A stretch of DNA of 64,000 nt from Candidatus Zixiibacteriota bacterium (GTDB taxonomy: Bacteria > Zixibacteria > MSB-5A5 > GN15 > FEB-12): NCBI GenBank assembly GCA_028715215.1, contig JAQUSF010000001.1, positions 797 through 64,796 of the forward strand, written 5' to 3'. Position 1 is the first letter of the stretch. Each line of letters starts with the position of its first letter. Under the pieces are notes generated by a model. It worked only from the letters and a program-made list of their open reading frames with translations, made no database searches and was not told where the DNA came from. The position numbers and the translations under genes were made by a program. Positions 1 through 10,205 of this stretch are shown one piece after another.

Positions 1-2463
1 TTTAGTGAGCTCCCGGTCGGAGAGCTCAAGGTCGCGGGCCAACTGTCTGAAACTGAATTTCATGTCATTGATGTCATGACTCATTGACACCGGGCTGCTG
101 ACAAACCTGACGCCGGTGTGTTCAAAATCGAACCGGGCTTTAATGGCTGAACCGATGGTCTGCACGTACGGACAGATATAACCGCCATCGACGGCTTTCT
201 CCTTTTCCTCGGCGACCCTGATAATCGACGGCAGGAAAATGATATCAACCTGTTTGGTCAAGAGATTGGCAATATGCCCGTAAACCATCTTAATCGGGAA
301 GCAGGTTTCAGCGCTGAAGAGTTCCAGGGAGTCCTCGACAATATCATGGCCGGACGGGTCGGAATTAACCACTTTGAAATTAAGGATTTCAAAAAAAGCC
401 CGCCAGAAGGGGAAAAATTCAAAGAAATGCAATACCCGCGGCAGGCCCACCCGGGCGCGGTACCGGTCAGGTTGCCGCACGGAAATATATTGCCGGTGCT
501 GATATTTTTTACGCAGGGCAAAATAATCAGGCGGCAGTTGTCGTTCATCTCCGGTTTTAATCTCGTACCTTTCGCACCGGGAACCGTAATAAAGCGGGGG
601 CTCGTTTTCAAGGTCAACCTGGTGAATCTCGCAGTGGTTGGAACATTCCTCACAGATAAAGGTTTTAAGCTGGTAGCTTTTCTTATAGATATCGAATCCC
701 TTGAACGAGGTCTTAAAACCCGGTTCTTTTGTTTTCTCGATCGCCAGGATGGCGGCACCGATAGCCCCGGTAACATCGTGATGAGGGGGAACCGTAATTT
801 TTTTGCCGGTAAGTCTTTCGAAAGCCGCCACCACTCCCTTATTCCAGGCCACCCCACCCTGGAAAAAAATATGCTCACCGATCCGACGGTCTTCGACTAC
901 TTTGGTCAAATAGTTACTGGCGATGGAATAAGCCAGGCCGGCGACCAGGTCATCGACCCTGGCACCGCTGCGCATATGACCGACCAGGTCGGATTCCATA
1001 AACACCGTGCAACGTTCACCACAGCCTACCGGACAGGTGGCTTTCAAAGCTCTTTCACCGAATTCCGATTCGATATTGATTTTTAGTTTTTCCGCCTGTT
1101 CCTGGAGAAATGACCCGGTTCCGGCTGCACAGACTTTATTCATTTCAAAATCCACCACCGCCCGATTATTGATGGAAATATATTTTGAGTCCTGCCCGCC
1201 GATTTCGAAAACCGTGTCAACGTTTGGGTCAATACTGACGGCGGCGGTTGCCTGGGCGGTAATCTCATTACGGACAATATCGGCACCGACATAATCGCCG
1301 GTTAGATAACGGCCCGAACCGGTGGTACCCACGGCTTTAACTTTCACGCGGTCGCCGACTTCACGGCTTAATTCCGCCAGTCCCCGGCGGACCGCTTCAA
1401 TCGGCCGACCTTCGGTCATCAAATAGCGCCGGGCAATAACTTGGTGGTCTCCATCAATCAGGACCAGGTTGGTTGACAGGGAACCGACATCAATCCCCAG
1501 ATAAACCTCAAGACCGTCGATATCTTCAGGTTGCTTCTGCAGAGTAATATCATAAAATTTACTGTCCGGGAAATTGTACTGCAGAGCTTCACGTCCCGAC
1601 CGGTCCACCTCCCGGTATTTTAAATATTCTTTTATTTTCTCCGGATTAAAAGAATCAACTGCCGCCTTGTTTTCTTCCGCCAAAAGCGCCGCACCCAGAG
1701 CTCCCATGACATTATAATGTTCAGGGATAATCAACTGACCTTTTTCCAGGTTTAAAACTTCGGTAAAAGCCCTGATCATGCCGGGATTAGCCGCCACACC
1801 ACCTTCAAAAGCAATTGGTTGCATCAGTTTTTTCCCGCGGGCGATGGTGCTTTTAAAATTACGCGCCACGGCAAAACAAAGACCGGCGACAATATCATAA
1901 TCGGGGGTAGCGATTTGTTGAAGATGAATCATATCCGATTTGGCAAAGACCGAGCAACGACCGGCAATCCGCGGTGGTTTGGTAGATTGTAAAGCCAGTC
2001 GGCCGAATTCTCCCTCGATTGATATTTTCAGCCGGTTAGCCTGCTGGTCAAGAAACGAACCGGTACCGGCGGCACACTGGGCATTCATGGCGAAATCAAG
2101 ACAGGTTTTCGTTTTACCGTCCAGAAGAAGAAATTTGGAGTCTTCCCCGCCCATCTCTATCACGGTCTTTACTTCCGGGGCGGCATAAAAATTACCGGCT
2201 GCAATGGCGGCAATTTCACCAAAAATCTGACCATGTAATATTGTCTGAGCGGTTTTGGCTCCGATACCGGTTAAACCCAGGTATAAGGAACTTCCAACCA
2301 GTTCCGGAAGCTGCCCTATCAGTATCTTATAGAGAGTTTCAAATGGGCCGGCTTCTTCAAAACGACGATAAACCTTCCTTACCAGCTGGTTCTTATCCAT
2401 AAGAACCAGCTTGATGGCGACAGAGCCAATATCTATCCCTAATGTTTTATTCTTATCTTCCAT
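1..2463 (-). CDS. CoA-substrate-specific enzyme activase (two BcrA/BadF/BadG/HgdC-type ASKHA ATPase domains) fused to a 2-hydroxyacyl-CoA-dehydratase-like C-terminal domain; 3' end runs off the window
   Basis: Absent from the ORF track because it is open at the window edge. Hand translation of the reverse strand from the ATG (complement of 2461-2463) gives an uninterrupted 821-codon frame, MEDKNKTLGIDIGSVAIKLVLMD... It has two activase cores (..EMGGEDSKF..MNAQCAAGTGSFLDQQA.. and ..EIGGQDSKY..MNKVCAAGTGSFLQEQA..). These are followed by ..CEECSNHCE.., ..AETCFPIKMVYGHIANLL.. and DIIFLPSI. Confidence 0.85.
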   Translation of the reverse strand, partial: MEDKNKTLGIDIGSVAIKLVLMDKNQLVRKVYRRFEEAGPFETLYKILIGQLPELVGSSLYLGLTGIGAKTAQTILHGQIFGEIAAIAAGNFYAAPEVKTVIEMGGEDSKFLLLDGKTKTCLDFAMNAQCAAGTGSFLDQQANRLKISIEGEFGRLALQSTKPPRIAGRCSVFAKSDMIHLQQIATPDYDIVAGLCFAVARNFKSTIARGKKLMQPIAFEGGVAANPGMIRAFTEVLNLEKGQLIIPEHYNVMGALGAALLAEENKAAVDSFNPEKIKEYLKYREVDRSGREALQYNFPDSKFYDITLQKQPEDIDGLEVYLGIDVGSLSTNLVLIDGDHQVIARRYLMTEGRPIEAVRRGLAELSREVGDRVKVKAVGTTGSGRYLTGDYVGADIVRNEITAQATAAVSIDPNVDTVFEIGGQDSKYISINNRAVVDFEMNKVCAAGTGSFLQEQAEKLKINIESEFGERALKATCPVGCGERCTVFMESDLVGHMRSGARVDDLVAGLAYSIASNYLTKVVEDRRIGEHIFFQGGVAWNKGVVAAFERLTGKKITVPPHHDVTGAIGAAILAIEKTKEPGFKTSFKGFDIYKKSYQLKTFICEECSNHCEIHQVDLENEPPLYYGSRCERYEIKTGDERQLPPDYFALRKKYQHRQYISVRQPDRYRARVGLPRVLHFFEFFPFWRAFFEILNFKVVNSDPSGHDIVEDSLELFSAETCFPIKMVYGHIANLLTKQVDIIFLPSIIRVAEEKEKAVDGGYICPYVQTIGSAIKARFDFEHTGVRFVSSPVSMSHDINDMKFSFRQLARDLELSDRELTK

Positions 2464-2576
2464 GAATACCCTAATAAAATAAACCGCCTTCAGATTGGCA
2501 AGTTTAAGTTACGTTTAAAATTCGGTTGTCTTTGCCATTTATTACGTTATATTCCCCATCTGAAATTGAGGATAAA

Positions 2577-3020
2577 ATGAAAATCGTCATTCAAAGAACT
2601 ACCGGCGTTGAAATATGGATTGATAATCGGCTTCACAGCACTACTCGAAATGGTTTGTTGATTCTTTTCGGCACCCGGGTCGGGGATACGGAAAAAGCCT
2701 GTGGTATTCTGGCTGACAAGGCCGTCAACCTTCGGATTTTCGAAGATGACCAGGGCAAGATGAATTTGTCCGCATTGGATATCGGGGCGGAAATAATGGT
2801 GGTGTCCCAGTTTACGTTATATGCCGACACTCGAAAGGGCCGCCGACCGGGATTCGATTTAGCCATGAAACCTCCAGAGGCTGAGAAACTCTATAACCGT
2901 TTTGTCGAACTGGTAAAAGCCAGCGGCCTGACAACTCAAACCGGAGTTTTCGGAGCCCGGATGGATATCAGGTTTACCAATCATGGTCCGGTAACTCTCA
3001 TTCTTGAAAATGAACTTTAA
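2577..3020 (+). CDS. dtd: D-aminoacyl-tRNA deacylase
   Basis: MKIVIQRTTG...GLLILFG...VVSQFTLYADTRKGRRPGF...GARMDIRFTNHGPVTLILE is the typical Dtd signature. The ATG at 2577 is preferred over the TTG at 2526 used in the ORF track. Confidence 0.9.
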   Translation: MKIVIQRTTGVEIWIDNRLHSTTRNGLLILFGTRVGDTEKACGILADKAVNLRIFEDDQGKMNLSALDIGAEIMVVSQFTLYADTRKGRRPGFDLAMKPPEAEKLYNRFVELVKASGLTTQTGVFGARMDIRFTNHGPVTLILENEL

Positions 3021-3627
3021 ATATATTCGACAACTTGCTGACAGACGGTCAATTATCCTGGGCTCTGGCTCTCCGCGACGGTACGCCCTGCTGAAAGAAA
3101 CCGGCATTTCTTTCAATCAAAAAACTCCTTCAACGGAAGAAAATATAAAACCGGGGGAACATCCCTACCAGTATGCCCGACGACTGGCGGAAGAAAAAGC
3201 AGTCGCGGTTTCCCGGCTGGTTCGTCCCGATGAAATCGTTATCGGGGCTGATACGGTAGTGCTGATTGATAAAGAAATTCTGGGAAAGCCGGCCGATGAA
3301 GATGAAGCCTTCCAGACCCTGATGTATCTATCGGGGAAAAAACATGAAGTATGTACTGCGCTGGCGCTGGCTGAGAAAGGACAGGTACTGGCTTCCGCTT
3401 ATGAAATAACGGAGGTTTATTTCAACTTTCTAAGTCCGGAAAAGATTAAAGAGTACATATCCACCGGTGAACCCATGGACAAAGCCGGGGCGTACGGAAT
3501 ACAGGGAATTGGGGCTTTTTTAGTTGACAGGATTAAGGGAAATCTTGATAATGTCATCGGTTTTCCCTGCAATTTACTGGAGCGGCTGGCCGGGGAAACA
3601 ATTGATAAATTACAACTATTTGACTGA
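3010..3627 (+). CDS. maf: Maf-like nucleoside triphosphate pyrophosphatase / septum formation protein
   Basis: ILGSGSPRRYALL..GADTVV..ILGKP..KAGAYGIQG.GAFLV..I.G...NVIGFP motifs. Starts at ATG 3010 (or TTG 3004) and overlaps the dtd stop. Confidence 0.9.
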   Translation: MNFKYIRQLADRRSIILGSGSPRRYALLKETGISFNQKTPSTEENIKPGEHPYQYARRLAEEKAVAVSRLVRPDEIVIGADTVVLIDKEILGKPADEDEAFQTLMYLSGKKHEVCTALALAEKGQVLASAYEITEVYFNFLSPEKIKEYISTGEPMDKAGAYGIQGIGAFLVDRIKGNLDNVIGFPCNLLERLAGETIDKLQLFD

Positions 3628-3629
3628 TA

Positions 3630-4556
3630 ATGAATGAAATATATATAAAATTTGGACAAGCACTTAAACACGAACGAGAAAATAAAAACATATCCCTGGC
3701 CGATTTATCCGAAGAACTTAAAATCTCCGAAGAAAATTTGAACTACCTTGAACTCGGCGAGGTCGATAAACTTCCCTCCGAACTTTATTATAACCTTTTT
3801 GCCAAATCGTACGCCCGGGCACTGGGTATCGATTATAACCGCACCATCGAAGCCATTAAAGAAGACCTGGGGGAAGCGATTGAAAACAACATCGAGAAAA
3901 AAGCGGAAATAACCAAGGAAGTAAAACCTGGACCAACCTCCGGTGAAGATGCCTTAACCGCTGAAACCAACTGGTTGAAGAAAAAATTCCTGACTCTAAT
4001 TCTGGTCGTCATAGGTATATTCATATGTTTTATGGTTGTTTATAAATTATTCCTTGAGGGAGAAAACACCCGGTATTCGTCCTCAGAACCCGAAAAATCG
4101 AGCCCAACGGTGAAGGATTCATCTTATGACACCGGTCATTTGGAGAATGACCTCGAAAATTTCCAGTGGAATAAGCTTGATTATCAGGAACCATCTCCCT
4201 TAATCATGACCCTGACCGCCCGCGAGACATGCTGGGCTTCGGTTTTAACCGACGGTGACACGGTCCTGTACCGCAACCTGGTGCCCTGGCGAGAATATAA
4301 AGTAGAAGCCAAATACCGGATAAGAATATCCCTTGCTCAACCTTCACTGGTACAGATAAAAATAAATGATGTCGAAGTGGACTTAAGAGATCCCGAGAAA
4401 CACAAGATTTCCGGGGTGGAAGTAAACCAGGCCAACCTGGCTTCTTATCTTAATCCCACCCTGCCGGATGGGGGTACCGATTCAACCGGAATTATAAACC
4501 AGGCCGATAATCAAAAACCTGCCGACACGGGCGCTTCACATTTAAACGACCATTAG
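3630..4556 (+). CDS. RodZ-like protein: N-terminal XRE-type HTH, one TM helix, DUF4115-like C-terminal domain
   Basis: N-terminus FGQALKHERENKNISLADLSEELKISEENLNYLE is HTH-like. TM helix is FLTLILVVIGIFICFMVVY. The C-terminal beta-rich block ..LTARETCWASVLTDGD..ISLAQPSLVQIKINDVEV resembles the RodZ C-terminus. Confidence 0.65.
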   Translation: MNEIYIKFGQALKHERENKNISLADLSEELKISEENLNYLELGEVDKLPSELYYNLFAKSYARALGIDYNRTIEAIKEDLGEAIENNIEKKAEITKEVKPGPTSGEDALTAETNWLKKKFLTLILVVIGIFICFMVVYKLFLEGENTRYSSSEPEKSSPTVKDSSYDTGHLENDLENFQWNKLDYQEPSPLIMTLTARETCWASVLTDGDTVLYRNLVPWREYKVEAKYRIRISLAQPSLVQIKINDVEVDLRDPEKHKISGVEVNQANLASYLNPTLPDGGTDSTGIINQADNQKPADTGASHLNDH

Positions 4557-4572
4557 GCGGTGGAAAAGAACT

Positions 4573-5154
4573 ATGAAGAAAATAAAAAACATCCTCGCCC
4601 GCTGGCAGATTAACAGTTTGAAAAAAAAGCTCGAACAACAACCGGTTAATTTCCCCACCGACCTGCTTACTCCCAAAAGGATACTGGTCTGCCTGCCGTC
4701 CAGTCTACGTGAACTGACCCTGGTCAAGCAATTTTTACCCACCATAAGCAGCCTGTTCAAGTCGGCAGACCTGACTCTCCTGGCCGCTCCCGGGGTAAAA
4801 GTCGCCGATATTTATCCTCATAAAGGTTTTCAGATTTTATCACCGTCTTTTGACCAGCTCACCTGGGCCGGACTTCCCAAAAAATCATACTTGCACATGT
4901 TACAGGATTACAAGTTTGACATGATTATGGATTTGAATTTCAGCCCGTCCTATTTTATTCCGGCGGTGCTTCTTCATTTTCCCAAAGCCGTTCGGGTGGG
5001 ACGAGGAAACTATCTGGGAATGCCCTTTTACAATTTAGAAATAAAAACCAAGTACTTACGGGACGAGCGAAATATTTATCGCTCCCTCCTGGAAACCCTG
5101 GCCAATATTACCAGCAAACAGCCGGAAATTCCCCGGACCAATCTCAGCAGTTAG
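4573..5154 (+). CDS. hypothetical protein
   Basis: 193-aa ORF packed tightly between the rodZ-like gene and smc. I recognise no motif with confidence. Confidence 0.45.
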   Translation: MKKIKNILARWQINSLKKKLEQQPVNFPTDLLTPKRILVCLPSSLRELTLVKQFLPTISSLFKSADLTLLAAPGVKVADIYPHKGFQILSPSFDQLTWAGLPKKSYLHMLQDYKFDMIMDLNFSPSYFIPAVLLHFPKAVRVGRGNYLGMPFYNLEIKTKYLRDERNIYRSLLETLANITSKQPEIPRTNLSS

Positions 5155-5169
5155 ATTCTTGGAGGCAAC

Positions 5170-8100
5170 GTGCATCTAAAGCGACTCGACATATTAGGTT
5201 TCAAATCCTTCGCCAACAAAACCTCGATAAAGTTTTCCAGCGGGATAACGGCTATCGTCGGCCCGAACGGGTGCGGCAAGACCAACGTCCTGGACGCTCT
5301 GCGGTGGGTGCTCGGTGAACAGAAAGTATCGCTCTTGCGCGGAACGAAAATGGAAGAGGTTATCTTTAACGGTACCCGCGACGTCAAACCGCTGGGGATG
5401 GCCGAAGTATCGTTGCTGATAGTCAATGACCGGGGGGTTCTACCGACCGAATACAATGAAATTCAGATTACCCGCCGGCTGTTCCGCAGCGGCGAGTCGG
5501 AATATCTTCTGAACAGGGTACCCTGTCGGCGCAAAGACATTCTTGAATTATTTTTCGACACCGGCATGGGTGCTCATTCCTATTCCGTAATTCAACCGGA
5601 AATGATCGATGCCGTTCTTTCGGACAAGGCTGAAGAAAGACGGTTTTTATTTGAAGAAGCCGCGGGCATCACCAAGTACAAACAGCGCAAAGAAGCCGCC
5701 CTGAGGAAACTCGATGCCACCGAAAACGATTTCCTCCGTCTTAAAGATATCTACGCTGAGGTCAAGACCCGGGTCAATTCGCTTTACCGGCAGCATAAAA
5801 AAGCCGAACGCTACCAGATGCTCACCGATGAAATCAAAAAGTGGGAACTCTATCTGAGCTCCACCCGCATAAAAAATATCGAAAATGAAAAACGGGAAAT
5901 CAAAGCCCGTTACGACCGCCTCATCGATGAAAAAACCGCCTGTGAAACAGCTCTCGACCAGAATACGGCCCAGCTTGAAATCGACCGCAAGGAACTTCTG
6001 GATATCGAACACCAGCTGAATGAAGTCAGCTCGGAAGCATATAAGATATCCGAACAGGCGCACCTTCTCGAAAAGGAAATCACTTTATATAAAGAGAAGA
6101 AAAACAATGCGGTTAATTTGATACAAAAGAATGAAGCCGACATCGAAACCCTGTCAAATCGCATGGAGAACCTGAAAAAACAGGCGGAGAACAATGTCGC
6201 CGACCTGGAAATTCAAAAGCAACTGCTGGAACAGATAACAGTCAGGATGAGTGAGGCTGAAGAAGCTCAGGCGGAAGCCGACCGGAACCTGCTGGCTGCC
6301 CGGGCACGCCGGGAAGAAGAAAACAAACGCCTGCTGGAACTCGAAGGCCAGTTATCATCGGGTAAAGCCGAGGGTAACAGCCTGCGTGAACAGGAAGAAG
6401 ACCTGGCCGCTCAGAAAAGCGACCTGGAAAAGAAAATCAGTGATATTTACCCCCGGCAGAGGAAAATCATAACCGAACTGGATACCCTGAAAAGTAATCT
6501 GGACAGCTTTATAAGTCGTAGAAAGGAAGGCGAGGCTCGCAAAGCGGAAATCAATACCCGGATTGAAGACCTGGTAAGACAGGGAGAAGAGCTGGCACTG
6601 GAAAGCGGTAATGTCTCGGCCTCTATCGAAGCCTGTGAAGCCCGCCGCAATCTCTGGCAGGACATGATGCTGCATTATGAAGGCTATGAGTCGGGGATGG
6701 TGGCAACCATGGAGAACCGGCAGAACTGGCCCGGTATTGCCGGCTCGGTCGGTGAGAAATTCATTCCTCAAAAAGGTCTGGAAACAGCCCTCGAGGTCGC
6801 CCTGGGGGATATGGCAAAATGCCTTATCTGCCGTGACCGCAAAACCGCGGAAGATATCATTGCTTTTTTGAAACGGGAAAAGAAGGGGCGCATAGGTATC
6901 ATGGTCCCGGATACCGGCACCATCAATCCGGCGGTGAAACGGCCGGTCCTCGACCAGGAGGAATTTGTCGGCTGGCTGGATACCTTTGTAACAACCGACA
7001 ACGACCTTCAATATTTAAAAGAAGCCGTGTTGTCACATACGGCCGTCTATCGTTCCGGCGCCAATCCCGATGAGATTCTTAAACACCTTCCTTACGGCTT
7101 CAGTGCCGTATCCACCGACGGTATCCTATACAGCAACAACCTGATAAGCGGGGGTTCCGAGGATGATTTTTCCCTGTTCCGCCGCAAGGAAAAAGTCCAG
7201 GAACAGGAAGAAATACTAAAGGAACTTATCCGAAAGCTTCAGACGCTCAAAGACGATAGAAACCGTTCGGTGGCTCAACTGGCCGCCGCCCGGGCGGAAT
7301 TCACCCAATTACTGTCCGCCATCGAGGATACGACCGAAGAAACCGAGCGGATACAAAAAAGACTCGGGGAACTGGAATTCGAAAGCCGCACGGTTAAAAG
7401 CGAACTAACACGCCTGGAAAATGAACACCAGAATTTAGATATGCGGCTGGTAAAAGTACGCAACCGTCAATACAGCCTGGATCTCGATTTCAACCAGCTC
7501 AGCAGCAAAAAAGATGACCTTCTGGATAATATGAACCAGGCCGGCAATCGCCTGGAAGACCTTGAAAAAACAGCCATGGATGCTCTTGATAAGGTTTCCA
7601 AGCTGCATGTTTCCCTTATCGAAACCCGAAGCCGGGTGGAACAGGCGGAAAACCAGCAATCCCACCTACATGAACTGATAAAAGAAATCGATGCCACCCT
7701 TTTAATCAGGCGGGAGGAAATCGACCGGGCCCGAACCGATATCATTCAGGCAGACGAAAAAATCACCACGAACGAAGCCAGCCTCAAAATTATCTTCGAG
7801 GACCAGGAAAAGCTCACCATCCGCCGAAAAAGCCTGTACGACGTTCAGACAACCCTGTTAGACCAGGTTACCACCAGAGAGAAAAATATCAAGGAACATC
7901 GCCGGCAGAAAGAAGCCCTCTCCGACGAAGCCCATCAGTATGAAATCCGATTGAATACCATTGAGTCGGAAATAAAGGCAAAACGGGATAAGTTCCTTGA
8001 AGAATACGACATCGACATTAAGACCGTGGAGATTGAAAATCCCGACAACCGGCTGACAATAGAGGAAGCCCGTGAGCAACTTCAGGAAAAGAAGGAACGC

Positions 8101-8883
8101 CTTAAAAAATTCGGCGCCGTGAACCTGCTGGCCCTGGAAGAATACCGTGAAAACAAGGAGCGGGAAGAATTTTTAAGCGAGCAGTTAAACGATTTGACCA
8201 CAGCCAAAAACGACCTTCGCACCACCATTAACAAAATCAACATTACCGCCCGTAAACTGTTCGGTGAAACCTTTGAAAAGGTTCAGAAAAACTTCCAGAG
8301 TTTGTTCGTTGAACTATTCACCGGCGGCGAAGCGGATATTCATCTGTCGGTGCCGGATGACCCGCTGGAGTCCAATATAGAGATCATGGCGCGACCGCGC
8401 GGCAAAAAGATACTTTCGATTTCTCAGATGTCCGGGGGCGAACGTGCCCTGACAGCCATCTCCCTTTTATTCTCGCTTTATCTGGTGAAACCTTCCCCGT
8501 TCTGCATCCTTGATGAAATCGACGCTCCCCTGGACGATGCCAACTGTCACCGTTTCCTCAAAATAATCAAGAATTTTTCGCGGGATACGCAGTTCATCGC
8601 CATCACGCACAACAAAATCACCATGGAAGCCGCCAACAATCTGTACGGTATCACCATGGAACAGCCGGGGATTTCCAAACTGGTGGCTGTCAAATTCCTC
8701 GAAGAAGCCGAAGACACGGGCGGCACGGTGGTGCAATATGTCGAGGAAGCGCCGGAACCTGAAGAAATAGACAATAACCACCAGGATACCCAACCCGTTA
8801 CCGAAGGCGATTCTGAAATACCTGAAACAATCCGCGGGAGAATGAATCCCAATATTGTTATTCAGGATAATGAAGAAGAATAA
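5170..8883 (+). CDS. smc: chromosome segregation protein SMC
   Basis: GTG start preceded by GGAGG. Walker A is GPNGCGKTNVLDALRWVLGEQ, followed by long coiled-coil arms and a hinge. C-terminal signature QMSGGERALTAISLLFSL and Walker B FCILDEIDAPLD. Confidence 0.95.
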   Translation: MHLKRLDILGFKSFANKTSIKFSSGITAIVGPNGCGKTNVLDALRWVLGEQKVSLLRGTKMEEVIFNGTRDVKPLGMAEVSLLIVNDRGVLPTEYNEIQITRRLFRSGESEYLLNRVPCRRKDILELFFDTGMGAHSYSVIQPEMIDAVLSDKAEERRFLFEEAAGITKYKQRKEAALRKLDATENDFLRLKDIYAEVKTRVNSLYRQHKKAERYQMLTDEIKKWELYLSSTRIKNIENEKREIKARYDRLIDEKTACETALDQNTAQLEIDRKELLDIEHQLNEVSSEAYKISEQAHLLEKEITLYKEKKNNAVNLIQKNEADIETLSNRMENLKKQAENNVADLEIQKQLLEQITVRMSEAEEAQAEADRNLLAARARREEENKRLLELEGQLSSGKAEGNSLREQEEDLAAQKSDLEKKISDIYPRQRKIITELDTLKSNLDSFISRRKEGEARKAEINTRIEDLVRQGEELALESGNVSASIEACEARRNLWQDMMLHYEGYESGMVATMENRQNWPGIAGSVGEKFIPQKGLETALEVALGDMAKCLICRDRKTAEDIIAFLKREKKGRIGIMVPDTGTINPAVKRPVLDQEEFVGWLDTFVTTDNDLQYLKEAVLSHTAVYRSGANPDEILKHLPYGFSAVSTDGILYSNNLISGGSEDDFSLFRRKEKVQEQEEILKELIRKLQTLKDDRNRSVAQLAAARAEFTQLLSAIEDTTEETERIQKRLGELEFESRTVKSELTRLENEHQNLDMRLVKVRNRQYSLDLDFNQLSSKKDDLLDNMNQAGNRLEDLEKTAMDALDKVSKLHVSLIETRSRVEQAENQQSHLHELIKEIDATLLIRREEIDRARTDIIQADEKITTNEASLKIIFEDQEKLTIRRKSLYDVQTTLLDQVTTREKNIKEHRRQKEALSDEAHQYEIRLNTIESEIKAKRDKFLEEYDIDIKTVEIENPDNRLTIEEAREQLQEKKERLKKFGAVNLLALEEYRENKEREEFLSEQLNDLTTAKNDLRTTINKINITARKLFGETFEKVQKNFQSLFVELFTGGEADIHLSVPDDPLESNIEIMARPRGKKILSISQMSGGERALTAISLLFSLYLVKPSPFCILDEIDAPLDDANCHRFLKIIKNFSRDTQFIAITHNKITMEAANNLYGITMEQPGISKLVAVKFLEEAEDTGGTVVQYVEEAPEPEEIDNNHQDTQPVTEGDSEIPETIRGRMNPNIVIQDNEEE

Positions 8884-8892
8884 ATCCCGTCA

Positions 8893-9807
8893 ATGTTCAC
8901 ACCTTTTGAAAAACTGAAACAATCGCTCGTCAAGACCAGGGATAATCTTCTGGGCCGTATATCCCAGGCAGTCAGACGCCGCCGGCTGGATGACGACCTG
9001 CTGGAGGAGATCGAACAAATTTTAATTGAAGCCGACGTAGGCGTAAAAGCCACCCTGCGGCTCATCGAAAGCCTCAAGACAAAGGCGCGGGAATGCAAAC
9101 TGACCGAAGGAGAAGCCGTCATGGCTATCCTCAAGGAAGAAATCGGCAGCATCTTATCGCCCCGGGAAATAACCGACGTCCCGCCGGATGGGGTACGGCC
9201 GGTTATCTGGCTTGTAATAGGCGTCAACGGCGTCGGGAAAACCACCACCATAGGCAAGCTGGCCACGTATTTTGCAGGACAGGGCGAAAAGGTGATGATA
9301 GGCGCCTGCGACACCTTTCGTGCCGCCGCGGTGGAACAAGTGGCTATCTGGGCGGAGCGCAGCGGAGTGGATATAATAATTTCCCAAAAAGGAGCCGACC
9401 CGGCGGCGGTGGCTTTCGACGCCGCCAGTGCCGCTCGAGCCAGGGGCGCCGACCGCCTGCTCCTGGATACCGCCGGGCGCCTGCATACCAAGACCAACCT
9501 GATGGAAGAGCTGAAAAAAATAAAACGAGTAGTGCTGAAAGCCGTTCCCGGGGCTTCCGTTTACAGCAAACTGATAATCGACGGCACCACCGGCCAGAAT
9601 GCCCTGTCCCAGGTCAAGGTCTTCACCGATGCCGTCGGCTGTGACGGTATAATCATCACCAAACTCGACGGCACCGCCAAGGGCGGCATGATTATCGGCA
9701 TCGCCGAAGAACTGAAGGTTCCGGTTGATTTCGTCGGCACCGGCGAGAAAGTCGATGACCTGCAGCCATTCGACCCGAAAGAATTTACCGAGGCTTTGTT
9801 TACCTGA
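8893..9807 (+). CDS. ftsY: signal recognition particle receptor FtsY
   Basis: NG domain motifs: VIGVNGVGKTTTIGKLA, CDTFRAAAVEQ, LLDTAGRLH, TKLDGTAKGG. Confidence 0.95.
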   Translation: MFTPFEKLKQSLVKTRDNLLGRISQAVRRRRLDDDLLEEIEQILIEADVGVKATLRLIESLKTKARECKLTEGEAVMAILKEEIGSILSPREITDVPPDGVRPVIWLVIGVNGVGKTTTIGKLATYFAGQGEKVMIGACDTFRAAAVEQVAIWAERSGVDIIISQKGADPAAVAFDAASAARARGADRLLLDTAGRLHTKTNLMEELKKIKRVVLKAVPGASVYSKLIIDGTTGQNALSQVKVFTDAVGCDGIIITKLDGTAKGGMIIGIAEELKVPVDFVGTGEKVDDLQPFDPKEFTEALFT

Positions 9808-10205
9808 TGAAAACTTACGAAGTCATAACCCATGTTCGCGAGGAAATGGTCGACATTACCGCCCTGGTAAGTCAGACGGTGACCGAAAGCGGTTTAAATT
9901 CCGGCCTTGCATTTTGTTTTGTACCCCATACCACCGCCGGTATCACTATTAACGAAAATGCCGACCCGGATGTCACTCGCGATATTCTTTACAAATTGCA
10001 AAAGGAAATTCCCCGCCACGACGCCTACTCTCACACCGAGGGTAATTCCGACGCGCATCTCAAAGCCTCCCTGATGGGTTTCTCCCTCGCGGTTTTATTC
10101 GAAGATAAAAAACTGGTGCTCGTCCGATGGCAGGCGATATATTTTTGCGAGTTCGACGGTCCGCGCCGTCGTCATCTTATTATCAGGACCGTATCCGGTG
10201 ATTAA
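9807..10205 (+). CDS. YjbQ/UPF0047-family protein (secondary thiamine-phosphate synthase-like)
   Basis: ..FVPHTTAGITINENADPDV..D......H.EGNSDAHLKASL.G.S... The ATG overlaps the ftsY TGA by 1 nt. Confidence 0.85.
   Translation: MKTYEVITHVREEMVDITALVSQTVTESGLNSGLAFCFVPHTTAGITINENADPDVTRDILYKLQKEIPRHDAYSHTEGNSDAHLKASLMGFSLAVLFEDKKLVLVRWQAIYFCEFDGPRRRHLIIRTVSGD

Noticed and set aside
258-2188. ORF-track entries 258-878(-), 274-1086(+), 1007-1294(+) and 1940-2188(+)
   Set aside because: All lie inside, or antisense to, the 821-codon activase-fusion frame (complement of 1-2463), which carries strong family motifs. Their translations are low-complexity with no motifs. The minus-strand one is in a different frame.
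9093-9644. 183-aa Arg/Gly-rich ORF in an alternative frame
   Set aside because: It lies wholly inside ftsY, whose frame carries all the SRP-GTPase motifs. The Arg-rich translation is typical of an off-frame read of GC-rich coding sequence.
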